This document shows positions 1 through 13,319 of a stretch of 64,000 bases of DNA, piece after piece (position 1 is the first letter of the stretch; each line of letters begins with the position of its first letter). The position numbers and the translations under genes are program-made. The DNA is from the human T2T-CHM13v2.0 reference genome, Homo sapiens, in NCBI RefSeq assembly GCF_009914755.1, contig NC_060925.1. The stretch is one strand, 5' to 3'. Below the pieces are notes generated by a model, which saw only the letters and a list, made by a program, of their open reading frames with translations, was not told where the DNA came from and made no database searches.

Positions 1-199
1 CCTGAGGAGTAGTTAAAATTCATTTCCTAATCTGATAAACAGACTATAATGTGAATAGTTTAGAATTTCCTTTCTCCTCCCCTGTAACACATTAACGTTC
101 TGAGAACATTGTAATAACTCCACAGTAAGCTTATGGCAGAGATTTCAGACAAGCCAGTTGGCTGTGGGACCCCAGCCATCACCGAAGGTCCACTGCTCA

Positions 200-415
200 C
201 CTTCCAGCCAGGTGTGGCCATGGTGGGAGTGACTCAAGGCTAGTGTTGCCAGACCTGATTTTTTTTTTTTTCAAAAGAAGCTAGACATGTAGATTTATGT
301 AAAATCTGATTTTTAAATGTTGACAGAATTCTTCTTTTTTAAAAAATGCTATGAAGGTCAAACAGAACCCAAATGCAAGCCAAATGCCACCCATGTGCCT
401 GCCAGCTAGGCCCTG
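200..415. mobile_element. hAT-Charlie MITE, MER102-like
   Basis: gttgccaga...tcaaaagaagctagacatgtagatttatgtaaaatctgatttttaaatgttg matches recalled MER102 core. Confidence 0.55.
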
Positions 416-1523
416 AAGGCTGTCTCTGCATACCTCTCTAGCCTCATCTCCAATTCCTCTGCCCTTCATAAATGCCACTCACACCTCACCCCCTGCCTTA
501 ACACCCCTGTGCCTTTGCTCACCCCGTATCTACCCTGTAGGATGCCCTTTTTTGTCTTTTCTATCAGACTGGCAAGTGGCAGGTTGCAGCTTGGTCTCTG
601 GGCCCCAGGAACCAGCATTCACCTCTGCCTGCCCTTTGCTCCTGGTCTCTAGCGCCCTAGGGAAAAGTGTTTTCTGCATGATTCAGGCTCTGCTTTGGAA
701 GGCTAACTACAGTTATGATGGATGACAGTGGGGACGCACCTTCCCCAGAGGCTAACAGGAAAGCCGGCTGGAGAGGCTCACACAGGCGCCTGCATGGAGA
801 GGGGCCTAATGACCTCCTATTGCCCAGGGCGGCTGCCTGGCCAGATAATGTGCCTTCTGCAGTCAGGACAAGAGCAGGGGTGGGAGGATCCTGTAGAGAG
901 CCCTGAAGTGAGTCTATGCTGGTTACCAGAAAACTCCTGAGCAGCTGCACCCCCTACCCCTCCTCACTCACCAGCCAGGAGCCTGGGCCAGGTGCTCCTG
1001 CTCCTGATCTCTCTCCTGGTCCAGGTTGGAGAGAACTATCCTGGTCTCAGGAGGAATCACAAAGAATCTAGCCAGGCTGACATTCTCAAAAGCCCAGCCA
1101 CCCTCTCAAAGGAGCAGTTTCCAGCACCCACCAACACTCATCCCAAGATCAGAGGGTTAAGGAAAACTCTGGTTTCCTGCTACCACCACCACAACCACCA
1201 CCCCCAAAGTCAAGCCAGGGAGGGAACACCGAGGGCACCTCTCCCCAGGGAACTCAGCACCTCAGAGAACTTGCCTAGAAGGCAACGATCTGGGAAAAAT
1301 GTCACAGGGCCCAAACCCTCCCAGAGAAAGGCAGATTCCTAAGTCCCCTCCCACCCAGACTTGGCATCTAAGCAGCTGGGGTGGAGGAGCAGGGTCCCCC
1401 TGACTTCTGATTCTCCTGCCTCTTTTTCCTCCATCTCCTCCCTTAGGGACCGTCCCAGAACCTCCCTTGGGGCTCCCAGGGGCTTTCAATCCTCACCTCC
1501 AGGATAACTTGAAGAATACCAGG

Positions 1524-1880
1524 TGTTTTAGCCTGTCTGGGCTGCTATCACAAACTACCATAAGATGGGTGGCTTCCAAACAAAAGATGTGTGTATGTCT
1601 CACCGTTCTGGAGGCTCGGAGAATGCCATCAGCGTGCCAGCATGGCTGGGTTCTGGTGGGGTCCCTCTTTCAGCTTGCAGACTGTTGGCATCTGGCGTGT
1701 CCTCACATGACAGAAGGGTTGACAGAGCTCTCTCTTCTAAGAGCACTATCCCATTTGTGAGGGCTCCACCTTCATGACCTAAGTTACCTCCCAAAGATTG
1801 CATGTCCTAATACCATCACATTGGGGATTAGAACATCAACATATGAATTCTGGGAGGATACCAGCTTTCAGACCACAGCA
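1524..1880 (-). mobile_element. MaLR solo LTR (MLT1A-like)
   Basis: gggctgctatcacaaactaccataagatgggtggctt...catatgaattctgggagg...tcagaccacagca. Confidence 0.8.
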
Positions 1881-2094
1881 CCAGGCTCTCATTGAGAATC
1901 CCAGGCAGACCTGGTAGCATCCACAGGCAGTTTAGCTCAATAAATCCTCGACACACCAGTGAAGTAGGATCTTTTACCCTATTTTAAAGGCAAGAAAGTT
2001 AACTTCAAAACCACTTTATAATTAGAAAGGAAAAAGAAACCTTCAACTGAAAGAAGACTACATTACTTAAATTTTTTTAAAAAAGCTAATTTTA

Positions 2095-2240
2095 TTAACT
2101 AGTTATTATGTGCCAAGGGCTTTAAGTGCACTATCTCATTTCATCTTGGGTAACCCTATAATACAATCTTTTTTGTCCCCATTTTACAGATAGGAAGCTG
2201 AGGATAGGGCAGCGATGTGACTTAGCCAAGGCCAGGGGAA
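2095..2240 (-). mobile_element. MIR fragment
   Basis: ccccattttacagataggaagctgagg core. Further MIR pieces at ~3360-3470, 3690-3900, 7850-7940, 12100-12240 and 31690-31800. Confidence 0.7.
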
Positions 2241-4486
2241 TTTCACTCTTCCACGGGCCACACTGCGATGGACTAACAGGTTCTCCTTCCAGGTAACACA
2301 TCTACATTTTAACAAGAGCTGCCTGGAGAAGACAAAGTAGCCCAAAGCAATGGTTCAAAAGCGGGGAATTTCTCTGCCAGTGGGCAGAGCTCTCAGGGCA
2401 GGAGCCTTTTGGCACCAGCAAGCATCACCCGAAGGCGGCCACCCACAGGCCTGGCTGACACAGGGCTCCATTCAGCAGTCGGCAAAGCCAAGGGACATGG
2501 GGATAGAATGAAGAAGAGGATTAAGTCAGGGAAGGCCAGCCCCGAGGCAGGCACTACAGCAAGGCAAGCAAGCACCTGAAGAAGAATGTGCTCCTCCCCT
2601 GTTCCCTTGTCCAAAATATCAGTCACTTAACCACGTGGAATCATCAGTCCCAGGGCAGGGCAGCAAACTGGGGCAAAAGTCCTCACTCAGCTCAGTCATT
2701 CAATCCCCTTGCCACCCAGGGCCTGCCACCTGCCCTCTCTGGTTCGCTCCTCAGTTGTAAGACAAGGGGGACGATCTAGGTAAGTGGTAAGGTTTCTTCC
2801 ACCCTCAACTAATACAAAATTGCGTAGGAGCCTAGTGCATCTGGCACTTGGAGCAGCAGCATTAATGGCCAAGGTAGGATGCAGGGAGGACTGGAGAGAG
2901 AGGGAGAAAGCAGCAGGGGCCAAAGAAAGGTGAGGGACAAGCTCTAGGTGACGGAGACCAGAAAAGGGGTTTGGGGGGCTGGGGTGCCAAGAATGGGCAA
3001 ATTCCCTGAAAGGGGGAATGAAAGAAACAATTCATTTGCTTTTATCAAGGTTCTACTGAGAAGGCCTCCATGACAGATGCGGCACTGGGCACTGGGAAGG
3101 GGAGAAGGAGCTTCTATACAGAGGGACAGCCATGCACAGCAATAGCAATTAGCTCTTCACAAGGCCAGAGCCAGGTACTATGATGAGTAGTGCCTGCTGC
3201 TCATGTTGGAGAGAAATCAGGGAAGCCTTCCTAAAAGAGCTCACCTGAGAAGATGGGGACAATTTCACCCAGTCTAAGTCTAGTTCCTCCCACCCAAATG
3301 GAAAGAACTACCCAAAATGGCGCTGAAGCACTAGAGGGAGAATAGGTAAAATTAGGCAAGCACCATTATCTCCATTTCACAAATACAAAAACTGAGGTTC
3401 AGCATGGTCATGGCCAGGTAGCAGAGCTGGCATTAGAACCCATTCTGCCTGACTCCACAGCTTTTGCTTGTAATTTCTATTCTGTCATCACTCCTGCAGA
3501 CTGTATGCCTGTGAGTGGGTTAAGGGTGGGAGGGGAAGGAACTGGCGTGAGAACAAGCAAAGGCCAGAGAGATGGATTGGGGAAGATGAGGATGGATAGT
3601 AAGCACTTTCCTACCAAAAGAATATGGCAGCCAGAGCTTTCCCAAACACACTCTTCCCAGTTGCCTGTAGTAGGTTTCAAGAACAAGTTTCTAGAATCAG
3701 GCAGATGCAGGCTGAGCTCCTGGCTCCACCACTTGATATCTCGGGTACCCTAGAGCAAGTGTTTAACCTCTTAGAGCTTCACTTTGCTCACCAATACAAC
3801 GGGAATGATAACAGTCATACCTTATTGAGTAGTGGGTAAAGATGAAACAACTGCTATATTCAAAGGTCTTGGCACGGTGTCTGGCACAAGTTCGATAAAA
3901 GGTAGCAAAAAAAAACACAACCACTACTCTAATAAATATTGCTCCAGTAGACGCTCCTGTTTCCTGGCTTCCTCCTCAAAATCACCATGGGGCCAGTCCT
4001 CCACATCCTCCCTCCTCCTCCTTTGCATACCCTCCATTTCAGAACCCACTTCAAAGCTACTTCTTCACCAGCTTCATCTCCTTCCTAGGATTCTAGTTTG
4101 CACTGGATCAAGGGATTCATCAGTTAGTCTACACAAACTCCTTAACCTCTCGGGATCATCATTGCGCGCTAGGTGGTTGTTCCAGTAGATTGCTTTGCAT
4201 GGGATTAACCAAGCAATCAGCTCAGGGGCTGGTGGGTTTGTGGGCTGATAGAATTACCCGATGAGTCAGCCGTGTGTGCCTGCAATTTGTAAATTGACCT
4301 CTAGATAACATCAAAGTCTTCTACCCAAACCACAAATTCTGCGCTTTTGCAAATTTGCCAACAATTAAATAAAATTTACTACTCCTTAAGAATGTCTTCC
4401 ACTAATTAGACAGTGACAGATGAGTATATAAAAAGTCAGGGTGAGGGAGGGTAGGAAATTGGGGATAAAGCTTACTGACTTCCTGT

Positions 4487-4978
4487 CGGGGGTCTTAACC
4501 TTTTTTGTGCCTTCATCCCTTTGGCAGACTGGTGAAGCCTATGGACTCTTTCTCAGAACATTTAAAAATGCATAAAATAAAATGCATAGCTTGACTACAA
4601 AGAAAACCAATAATATTGAAATATAATTAATAAAATTTTTTAAATTGTGTAATATAGTAATATATTCTTCTTTATTAATGCATTAAATAACAAGCTCTGG
4701 CAGCAGGTATAGTAACTACTATAAATACAAAGCCATCAGGGACATAAATAATATTTCAAGGTATCTGTCGCAGCTAAAATGTAACATGAAAATATCTGTG
4801 ATTTCTAGTGGTGACAATGTCACAGGGACTGCAAATACACTGTGGATTGTTGCCTACATTCGTAATACAAGAAAATCCTAAATAAAGATGCTTTTTTTCC
4901 CCTATCCAAGTTTACAGACTCCTCTGAATTCTATACGGGAACCCCTTGGGGCTCTTGACCCTAAGTTAAGAATCTCTG
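4487..4978. mobile_element. Complete non-autonomous hAT-Charlie element (Charlie4a-like)
   Basis: Degenerate TIRs cgggggtcttaacc / agttaagaatctctg; internal ccctttggcagactggtgaagcctatggac typical of the family. Confidence 0.75.
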
Positions 4979-5465
4979 TTAGATCCTTTATGGCTCAGTA
5001 AGTATTTCTACTGGGCACATTTCTGAGTTCCAGCTCACCCTTCTCTCCTTCTTGAAGAATCTCCACCCACACCCTTTCTGCCTCAAAAGTTCTTCACATA
5101 GGACTCTCTTCTGCCCACCCCTCTCATCCAACTGGCCCAAGGAGGACCCCTGCCACAGTGGCATCCCATGCCCTGGCTGCCTGGCACCTGCCAAGACAGA
5201 GACTGGAGAGAAAGCCTCACTTGCAGAGAACCAGCTCAGACATCAGGATGCTCTCTGGAACTTGAAGTCAGCAACAAAAGAGAGCTTCGTGCAATCGTAG
5301 GGCAAGGGGTGGGTTGGCAGGTGCTGTGTTAATCCATGGCACTTAGAATGTAGGCCAGTGACCAGCTGTACTGGTAGAATGACCTTGAACTCAAACTCCT
5401 CTCCACGGTATCAACTGCCTCAAGGATGCTTGGCCTCCTTCCAGACCTGTGCTTAGACATCAATA

Positions 5466-5797
5466 CAGTGGTCCCCCCAAACCCCTGTTATCTGCAGTTT
5501 CGCTTTCTGAAGTTTCAGTTACCTATGGTTAATGAAGGTCCAAAAATATTAAGACATTTTGAGGGAGAGAGAGAAAGACCATATTCACATAGTTTTTGTT
5601 ACAGTATTATTGTTATAATTGTTGTCTTTTGTTATTGTTGTTAATCTCTTACTGTGCTAATTTATAAATTAAACTTTATCACAGGTATGTATGCATAGGA
5701 AAAAGCATAGTATATATAGAGTTCAGTACTATCCATGGTTTTAGGCATCCACAGAGGGTCCTGGAATGTATCTCCCATGGGAAAGGAGGTACTACTG
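5466..5797. mobile_element. TcMar-Tigger MITE, MER44A-like
   Basis: cagtggtccccc...gaggtactactg flanked by TA on both sides. Confidence 0.8.
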
Positions 5798-6108
5798 TAC
5801 TGCATTTTATGGCTTCTCAGTCTCTTCCTGGAACCACAACTCAAGGGAGTCTCTGTTTTCTGTGTTACAAGAGCCCCAGGTCAGCACCATTTTATTAATA
5901 TAGACAAAGAAGCTGAAGTTTAGTAAACTTGAATAATGTTCTCAGGCTCACGGGGATAATAAATGGTGAAGCCATTTTCCCTTTCTTTTCCTCTCACTCC
6001 CAAACACCCTATTATGGAGGGGCAGGTGGGTAATGCCTTTTGTTATTATTTTTTATTTCAAATCACACAAATGATCCATGAAAATAATCTCTTAAAAATT
6101 CAAACATT

Positions 6109-6378
6109 ACACCGCATGTTCTCATTCATAAGTAAGAGTTGAACAATGAGAACACATGGACACGGGGAGGGGAACATCACATACTGGGGCCTGCTGAGGG
6201 TGAGGGGCAAGGGGAGGGAGAGCATTAGGACAAATACCTAATGCATGCGGGGCTTAAAACCTAGATGACGGGTTGATAGGTGCAGCAAACCACCATGGCA
6301 CATGTATACCTACGTAACAAACCTGCACGTTCTGCACATGTATCCCCAAGCTAAAAGTAAAATAATAAATTTTTTTTT
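6109..6378 (+). mobile_element. 5'-truncated L1PA 3' end (L1PA7/8-like)
   Basis: Classic L1PA 3' UTR; TSD aaattcaaacatt (6096-6108) / aaatttaaacatt (6379-6391). Confidence 0.9.
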
Positions 6379-6386
6379 AAATTTAA

Positions 6387-6809
<423 letters not shown>

Positions 6810-8173
6810 TCCATTCTGTCTTTTAAACCTTTCCCCAGGAGTAGGATGGCTACATTTTCCAAGGCAGAAGGGAGAGCGGGGTGGGAAACACCGATGAACT
6901 GAGCGCAGCGCCTGAAAACACTCAGCCCTGCTGCCTGGTGCCCTGCTAGGAACATCCAAATCGATGGCACCGAGAGCTGGCGTCTCCGGGCTGCTGGGCA
7001 GAAACCAGGATGTGGAGGGGAATCGGCACCGAAGGCTGCTCTTTTATCCTTGTGTGGAGCAAATTCTCCCTATGCTGTATTTCTCTCCCCCCTTGTCATT
7101 TGACGTCAGAGCCACAAATTAGAAATACATACCAAAGGAAACTCTGCAGACACAAAGGATCCTTCCATGCAAAGGGGGAAAAGCCACAGCCACATTAAAA
7201 AAAAAAAAATCTATCCAACCAACAAGTTTTATTTACTTTTGGGGAAAAAATGAGGAGAGTGATGGAACTGGGATTTGTGTTTTCTCCCACAATGCCTGTG
7301 TCTCCAGAAAGCTATTTGAGGGGGCAGAGCCCAGGGCCTGGGCGAGACAGTGAAGTGATCCTTTTGAAAACAGGACTTCTTTCTCTTGGAGAAGGAACGC
7401 TCGGCCAGCTTCTTCAGACGCCACCAATCTATAACTGCCCATGTATCACATTCACCATCTACGTACTTTAAATCTTGGACAGCATTTATTTTATCCTGGA
7501 AACTGTGACAGCTCTGTTTTTAGCCGGAGGGCCCCTTTTCTCTCCTTTAATCCTACTTTGAAATATTATCTGTGTAGACTGCAGGCTGTTCACAGAAAGG
7601 CCCATTAGAAGCCTCTTAGTCCAAACTTGGTCTGGGAGATTGGCGTCCTGAGGCACAGAGAGGTTATGGACCAGCTGTAAATCACACAGCTGCTTGGCGG
7701 TGAATCTAGGCTCCAATCCCAGGATACACTGACCTCCAAACCCATGCCTCTTCCCACAAACTCTACTACAGTGTAGCACAAAGTGGTTAGCCGTCTGATC
7801 TCCAAAGACAGAGGGCTCTGTGAAATCCCAGTTTTATGGTCATTTAATATGGACCATGACCCTGGGCAAGTCACTTAACCTCTCTGAGCCTCGATTTCCT
7901 TACCTACACATTGGGGATTATGGCAGTAACTAACTCTAGGATAAGGGTGAGGCTTGACTATGCCAGGGATCGACACACATGTACATTATGATATTGTACT
8001 GTTCCTGTTTCACACACAATCGAGTGGCTCTGTGATAACTGTATCCACGCCATCATCCAGAAATTGGCAAGAAAGGATTGTTCTCAAACCCATTGTACAG
8101 ATAGGAAAATTGAGTCCCCCCGCCCACAGATGACATAACTTGCACAACATCAGAGTTTTAAAAGTAAGTATAT

Positions 8174-8260
8174 AGGTGGAGGCTGCAGTGAGCCATGTTC
8201 ATGATACTGCACTCCAGCCTAGGTAACAGTGAGATCCTGTCTCAAAAATAAATAAATAAA
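8174..8260 (+). mobile_element. Severely 5'-truncated AluJ-type 3' end
   Basis: ggaggctgcagtgagcc...ctcaaaaat; TSD taaaagtaag(t/c)atat. Confidence 0.85.
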
Positions 8261-9259
8261 AGTAAGCATATTCTCAGCACTAAGAAGTCCTAAATATCCT
8301 CCCCACCATACCTACCGAAGTGCAGGTTGAACTAGGAGTAAAAGTTGCCTCTTCCCTTCCCCCTGCAGAGCAGAGCCACGAGTGCACAAGCACATACTCC
8401 ATGGCCCTGTCTTGTAAACTGGAATCAGCACGGGTCCTGGCACAGAGCAGAGGCTCAATGCAGTTTCAAAGAATGGGTGAATTCCTGAATCAATGAAAAT
8501 CCCAATCTGCTAAGAAAGGGGCCAGGCAGGCAAGAGCTCTGGTAGCAGCAAGCAAGAACCCCGTTCTCTCCTTAGCCTGTTCTGCAGGAAGAAACCTTTG
8601 ACAAGGTCAATAGCTGGGCCTCTGATCTCAATGGTCCACCAAGGGCGTCCCCCAGTCTGGCCCACATGGCCCAATCCAGGACCCAGGAGGTAACTGTGAA
8701 GCACAAGTGACCCTCCTCCAGCTAAAACAGATGTAATAATATTGCAGGCAAAGGGCGGTGAACAGGCCAGGGAGAGGGCCCATCTGTCTTCCTAATTGTC
8801 AACTCTGCCCATAATATTTTTCTCCCTGTCACACCTTAGGCTGCTACTGAACTGAAGCAAAACCAAGATATCCATCTTCCAGCCATGAGCAGTGGCCTTC
8901 ATAAAGTACCAGGAACGAAAAGAGGCTGCTTGGCTAAGAGAAGCAGACAGAGCTGGAAGGAGCTTTAAACTGCAAGTCAGGAGCTTAGGAATCCCTACTC
9001 ATAGCCAGCTGTGGGTACTTAGGCAGTCATCGCACCTCACTGAGCATCCATTTTCTGTAAAATTGAAGTCCAAAGTTTTGGAAATGGGTTAATGGAGCAG
9101 GGAGGTGTGAATCATGTAATATTGTATGCAAGATATTTTAGGTTTTATGCAGTTGGAGGAGAGTATCCATAATTTTCATCAGAATCTCAAAGATATATGC
9201 AATAACCACCATCCCCTCCCCATATAAAAAAGTTAAGAAATACTGGACAGGACAGTTTC

Positions 9260-10400
9260 CATCCAACAAGCATTTTTTGAACACCTTCTATGTGCCCTGC
9301 TCTGTGCTAGGTACTTGGAGAGCCCTGCTTTTAAGGTGCTCAGTGTAGCTGATGTTTGCTGTGACAGAAGCATGTCCAGGGAGCTTTAGGAACAAAGAGA
9401 AAGCAGCATTTGCCTCTATCTTGTCAGGAAGGGCCTTCTGCAGGGGAAAAAACCTTATGTTTAATGCCGAAGTTCAAAGCTAAGAGTGCATTCACTGGGT
9501 GGGCAAGAATAATATTTCAGACCAAGGGTAGTAGTATGTGCAAAGGCAACGCGTGGCCCAGGAACCACTTGAAGCATAATTGTGCTGAACATATTGAGGG
9601 TGCTCATTGCAAGGGGCCGGGAAAGTGTTAGAGCCAGAAGTGAGGCTGGGAAGGCAGGTAGGGCCCAGATGAGGAAATGCCATGTATGCCACCCTAAGGA
9701 ATTTTACACTGTCAGCAAGTTCTTTCTAGTTTTAAAAGTCTAGGATGAGCCACCACTCCTAGCACAAATCTCCCTAAATGTTGGGCAGAGGCTTTGGTTC
9801 ACTGTGAGCTGAATGGACATTAGGGAATGAACCGCTCGCTGCTCTTGGCACCACGAGCAGGCATGGGCTGTCTGACCAAGGTGCACACATGGGGCAGTGA
9901 GTCCAGCAAGGTGCTATTGGTCTATCTCTCTCCTTCTCCCCACACTATGATCTAGCCAGGGGACTTCCAACTGCTCATTATTACAGTTCAGAAAGGAAGG
10001 CACTGACTGGACCAGTCAATGGGATGCACAACTAAAGGACTGCCCATTTGGGCCCCTGGTAGTAACTCAGCCAACAGAGGCTTTCAGTTCCTCTAACCCA
10101 CTCTGCTACTCACCTTAGGCCCTCTCACACGCGGCTACTTCTGCCTAGAAGGCTCATTCCACTCTCTCCTGTCATTCTGCAGACTGACCGACTACTGGAC
10201 CTATCAGGTTTTCAGGGTATCTAGTCCTTTCAAAGAACTCAGCACTGGAGAATTCTCTATTTATGTGAGTGATTTAATTCCTGTTGGTGTTGGCCACTGG
10301 AATGCAAGCTCCATGAGGCCAGAAGGTGCCAGTTTTGTTCCCTTCTGTACCTCACTACGTTGACCAGTGCCTGGCACAGAGCATTTGTTGATTGAATCAG
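9260..10400. mobile_element. L2 fragments (~9260-9710 and ~10100-10400)
   Basis: caacaagcattttttgaacaccttctatgtgcc and cagtgcctggcacagagcatttgttgattgaat L2 3' motifs. Confidence 0.6.
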
Positions 10401-10899
10401 TCTGGTCTGATCCCCGAGCCATTCCCCAAAACTCACTTTCCCCAGGTCACATTATGGTCCAGTGAAGTGGGAAGGCTGGGCTTGAAAAGGCAGTATTAGA
10501 ACGGACTCTGCCTCCATTCCCAGTGTAGCTTTCCTGTGTCACATTTTGAGAGGCTCTAAGCAACCTGGGCTTGATTTACCCAAGCAGGTCCTTGGGAATC
10601 GTGTTTAACTCAAGATGCTTTCTCCCCATGCCTCAGCCGGGTCACTGGCTGCATCTGATCCTCCTCTGGCCCTATTTGGTAGATAGGACTTTGCCCAGGC
10701 CTCAGGGGGTCCTCCTCCCTCTCCTGGAAAATACTCCCTCTTTGCCCTAAAGGCTTGCACTCCAGGGCGCTTAGGAACTAAGACTTGAGTTTGGCAGCCC
10801 CGAAGGATGCCCAGGGCAAGAGTTAGGTTCAGACCCAGCGTAGCGGCCATGGGCTCGACTTTCCAACTCCCATTTCTGGCCAGTCTGCGGGGTCAAAGT

Positions 10900-12020
10900 A
10901 CCCAGTCACAGATTTGACCTTACCGGAGAGGCAGAAGGGAAAGGAGCCCACAGGAGGCATGCGGGCTGGGCAAAGCGCCCTCGGCGGCGTCTAGAGCACT
11001 CGGAGCTGCCCCATTGCCTCCGCCCAAGGTCGCGGCCCAAAGGGAGCCCTGGAAAGTTCAGCCAGGGGCCGAGGAGTGCCAGGGTTGGCACTACGGGGAG
11101 ACTTTTGCGACAGGAGAGAGACTAAGAGCTCGATTCCAGGTAGCAGTGGGAGCCCGCGGCAAAGAACGCCCAGTCCCGCAGGCTGCATCCCAGACCGCAG
11201 CGCCTAGCTCGGAAAAGCTGGGCGGGGGCTGCACCACCTGAGTCGCAAGGACAGCACGGCCTCCCCCTCCTCACCAGTGTTCTCCACCCCCAGAATTGGG
11301 GCGCGGAGAGCCAATCTGGGCTGGAAAGGGAGCGGCGCCCACCTTTGGGCAGCCCGAGCAGCCCCCCTCCTTTTCTGTCGCAGACCCCAGGCTGGGAGGC
11401 GGGGGCGCCAGGTCGGCCCAAGCTGCCGCAGCCACTGCTTTAAAGGGAGCCGGGGACGCGGCGCTGGGGACTGGGCGAGACGGGTGGCAGAGGCAAGAGG
11501 AGAGTGGTCGAGCGCCGGGGCCAACACTCGGGTCGCGCAGGGCGGGTGTTGAACACCCCAGCAGACGCACTGCGGGGGACTGGGGTCGCAGAGTCCCTTA
11601 CCTTGGCGAGCTGCGGAAGTCCTGCGCGAGGCGGCCCGCGGTGCACGGGGCCGGGGCAGCTAGGCGCACACCCCGGCTTCGGAGCGCACGCAACCTCCGG
11701 GTGCACTGTCCGCGTCCCAGGCGCGCACCCCGGGGCTGGCGCACCCTGGTCGTCCGCGGCGCGCACACCCTCCAGGCGCCCTCTGGCCGACGGTCTCGGC
11801 CCTGGCCCCGGCGCACCCCTGCGGGCACACCCACCGCGGCGGATGCGGGACTGGCCAGGCGCCGCCAGCCGCGGCTTCGCCCCGCGTCGCCAGCTGCCAA
11901 CAGCGCCCGAGTCCCCGCCTTCGCTAGGGGAGAAAAAAAAGACTCCTGACGCGGCGCGGACTTTGGTGTGTAGGAAGGGGCAGAATTGCGAAACCGAGGG
12001 GAGGGTCTTAGCCTCGATAA
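10900..12020. promoter_or_regulatory. CpG island / promoter of a minus-strand gene
   Basis: Very high GC and CpG density against CpG-depleted flanks; GC box CCCCGCC 11913-11919; half-CRE TGACG 11947-11951; several minus-strand 5' splice sites. Confidence 0.9.
11602..11900 (-). other. Putative non-coding first exon (5' UTR) of an unidentified gene; 5' end approximate
   Basis: Minus strand reads ...CTCGCCAAG|GTAAGG (last exon base 11602), inside the CpG island, with no ATG in the exon. No coding exon seen in 1-11601, implying a first intron >11.6 kb. Confidence 0.7.
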
Positions 12021-12399
12021 ACTCAAAAGCCCTTGATAAACATGAGCTTAGAAGAAAAACTTTTTGAAAAGAGACCAAAAACTCCTAACCTGTTCATAGC
12101 GCTTTTCAGATTCCCAAAGTGCTTTCGTATGCGTTTATCTCGGTTCATCTAGACATTTCCATCCTCATTTGATAGGTGCAGAAACAGCACCAGACAAGGT
12201 AATGACTTGCCCCAGCCAGGACTGGAACCTAGGTCTGGCCACTGGGAAGCTGGGTGCAGTAAGTTAGGTCCTCGCCAGCGGATGTGGGCCAGTGAGGGCT
12301 GGGGTCCTAGTAACAGAACTTTTACCTCTCCTAAATCGTCTTTTTCCATCTCCTTTTTTTCTTCCCAATCCTTGCTGTAGTCCCACTCAGGAACCCTAA

Positions 12400-12727
<328 letters not shown>

Positions 12728-13319
12728 CACCAGAGTTTTTTATCAGTTCAAAATGTTTGCGTTTCAACCGCTAACCTTGAATGAACAGTTCACTAAGTGC
12801 CTGGTGGGCGTTGTGCACCCTAACCCTAGGAAAAAGGAGCTGCTGCTACTCCTCCTTTACAGATGAAGACAACAGAGATAGGCAAGTAGAGGGCCGTGGA
12901 CCCCGTAAGACTCCGGATGCCAGCTCTGACCCCCACAATGGGCATCCTTCATGGGCCCATTGGCAAGGGCTAACACTTAGGCAAAGGGGTTTCGTTTTTG
13001 ACATTGTGACCCAGATGGGGGAGTACTTTCTAGGACTTTCATTTTACGTTTTTATAGAAATATGGTTATTTGAACGATTTCACTTCCACTAGAGCTCCAC
13101 TGGAGCAAATCAATATCCCAGAGCAATAATAAATGGCAGCAGAGACTTGGTCCCAGTGTTGGGACATAGTAGGGATTGGTGGGGACTGTGGTGAGCTTGA
13201 TAGCAGCTCCAGGTTCTTGCCCAAGGGAAGGGGCTGCTGCTACTCAGCTCAGTCTATTTTGTCATCTAGGGAAAGGGATTCATGTGGCCAGATCCTCCCA
13301 TTTTGAAAAAGAAGCCATC

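Noticed and set aside
965-1045. Possible internal minus-strand exon ending at CTG|GTGAGT (~972)
   Set aside because: No convincing acceptor or coding signal.
11773-11790. CTCF-like CGGCCAGAGGGCGC in exon 1
   Set aside because: Mismatch at a near-invariant C, and such matches are common in GC-rich DNA.
11602-11900. Naming the gene. The layout alone would fit several genes I recall as having a non-coding first exon and long intron 1 (e.g. SYNDIG1L, TP53I11, KCNG1).
   Set aside because: No coding sequence in the window and no true sequence recognition; needs BLAT.
11122-12078. Overlapping 90-217 aa ORFs on both strands
   Set aside because: Mostly non-ATG starts and Gly/Ala/Arg/Pro-rich, as expected in a stop-poor CpG island; no domain recognised.
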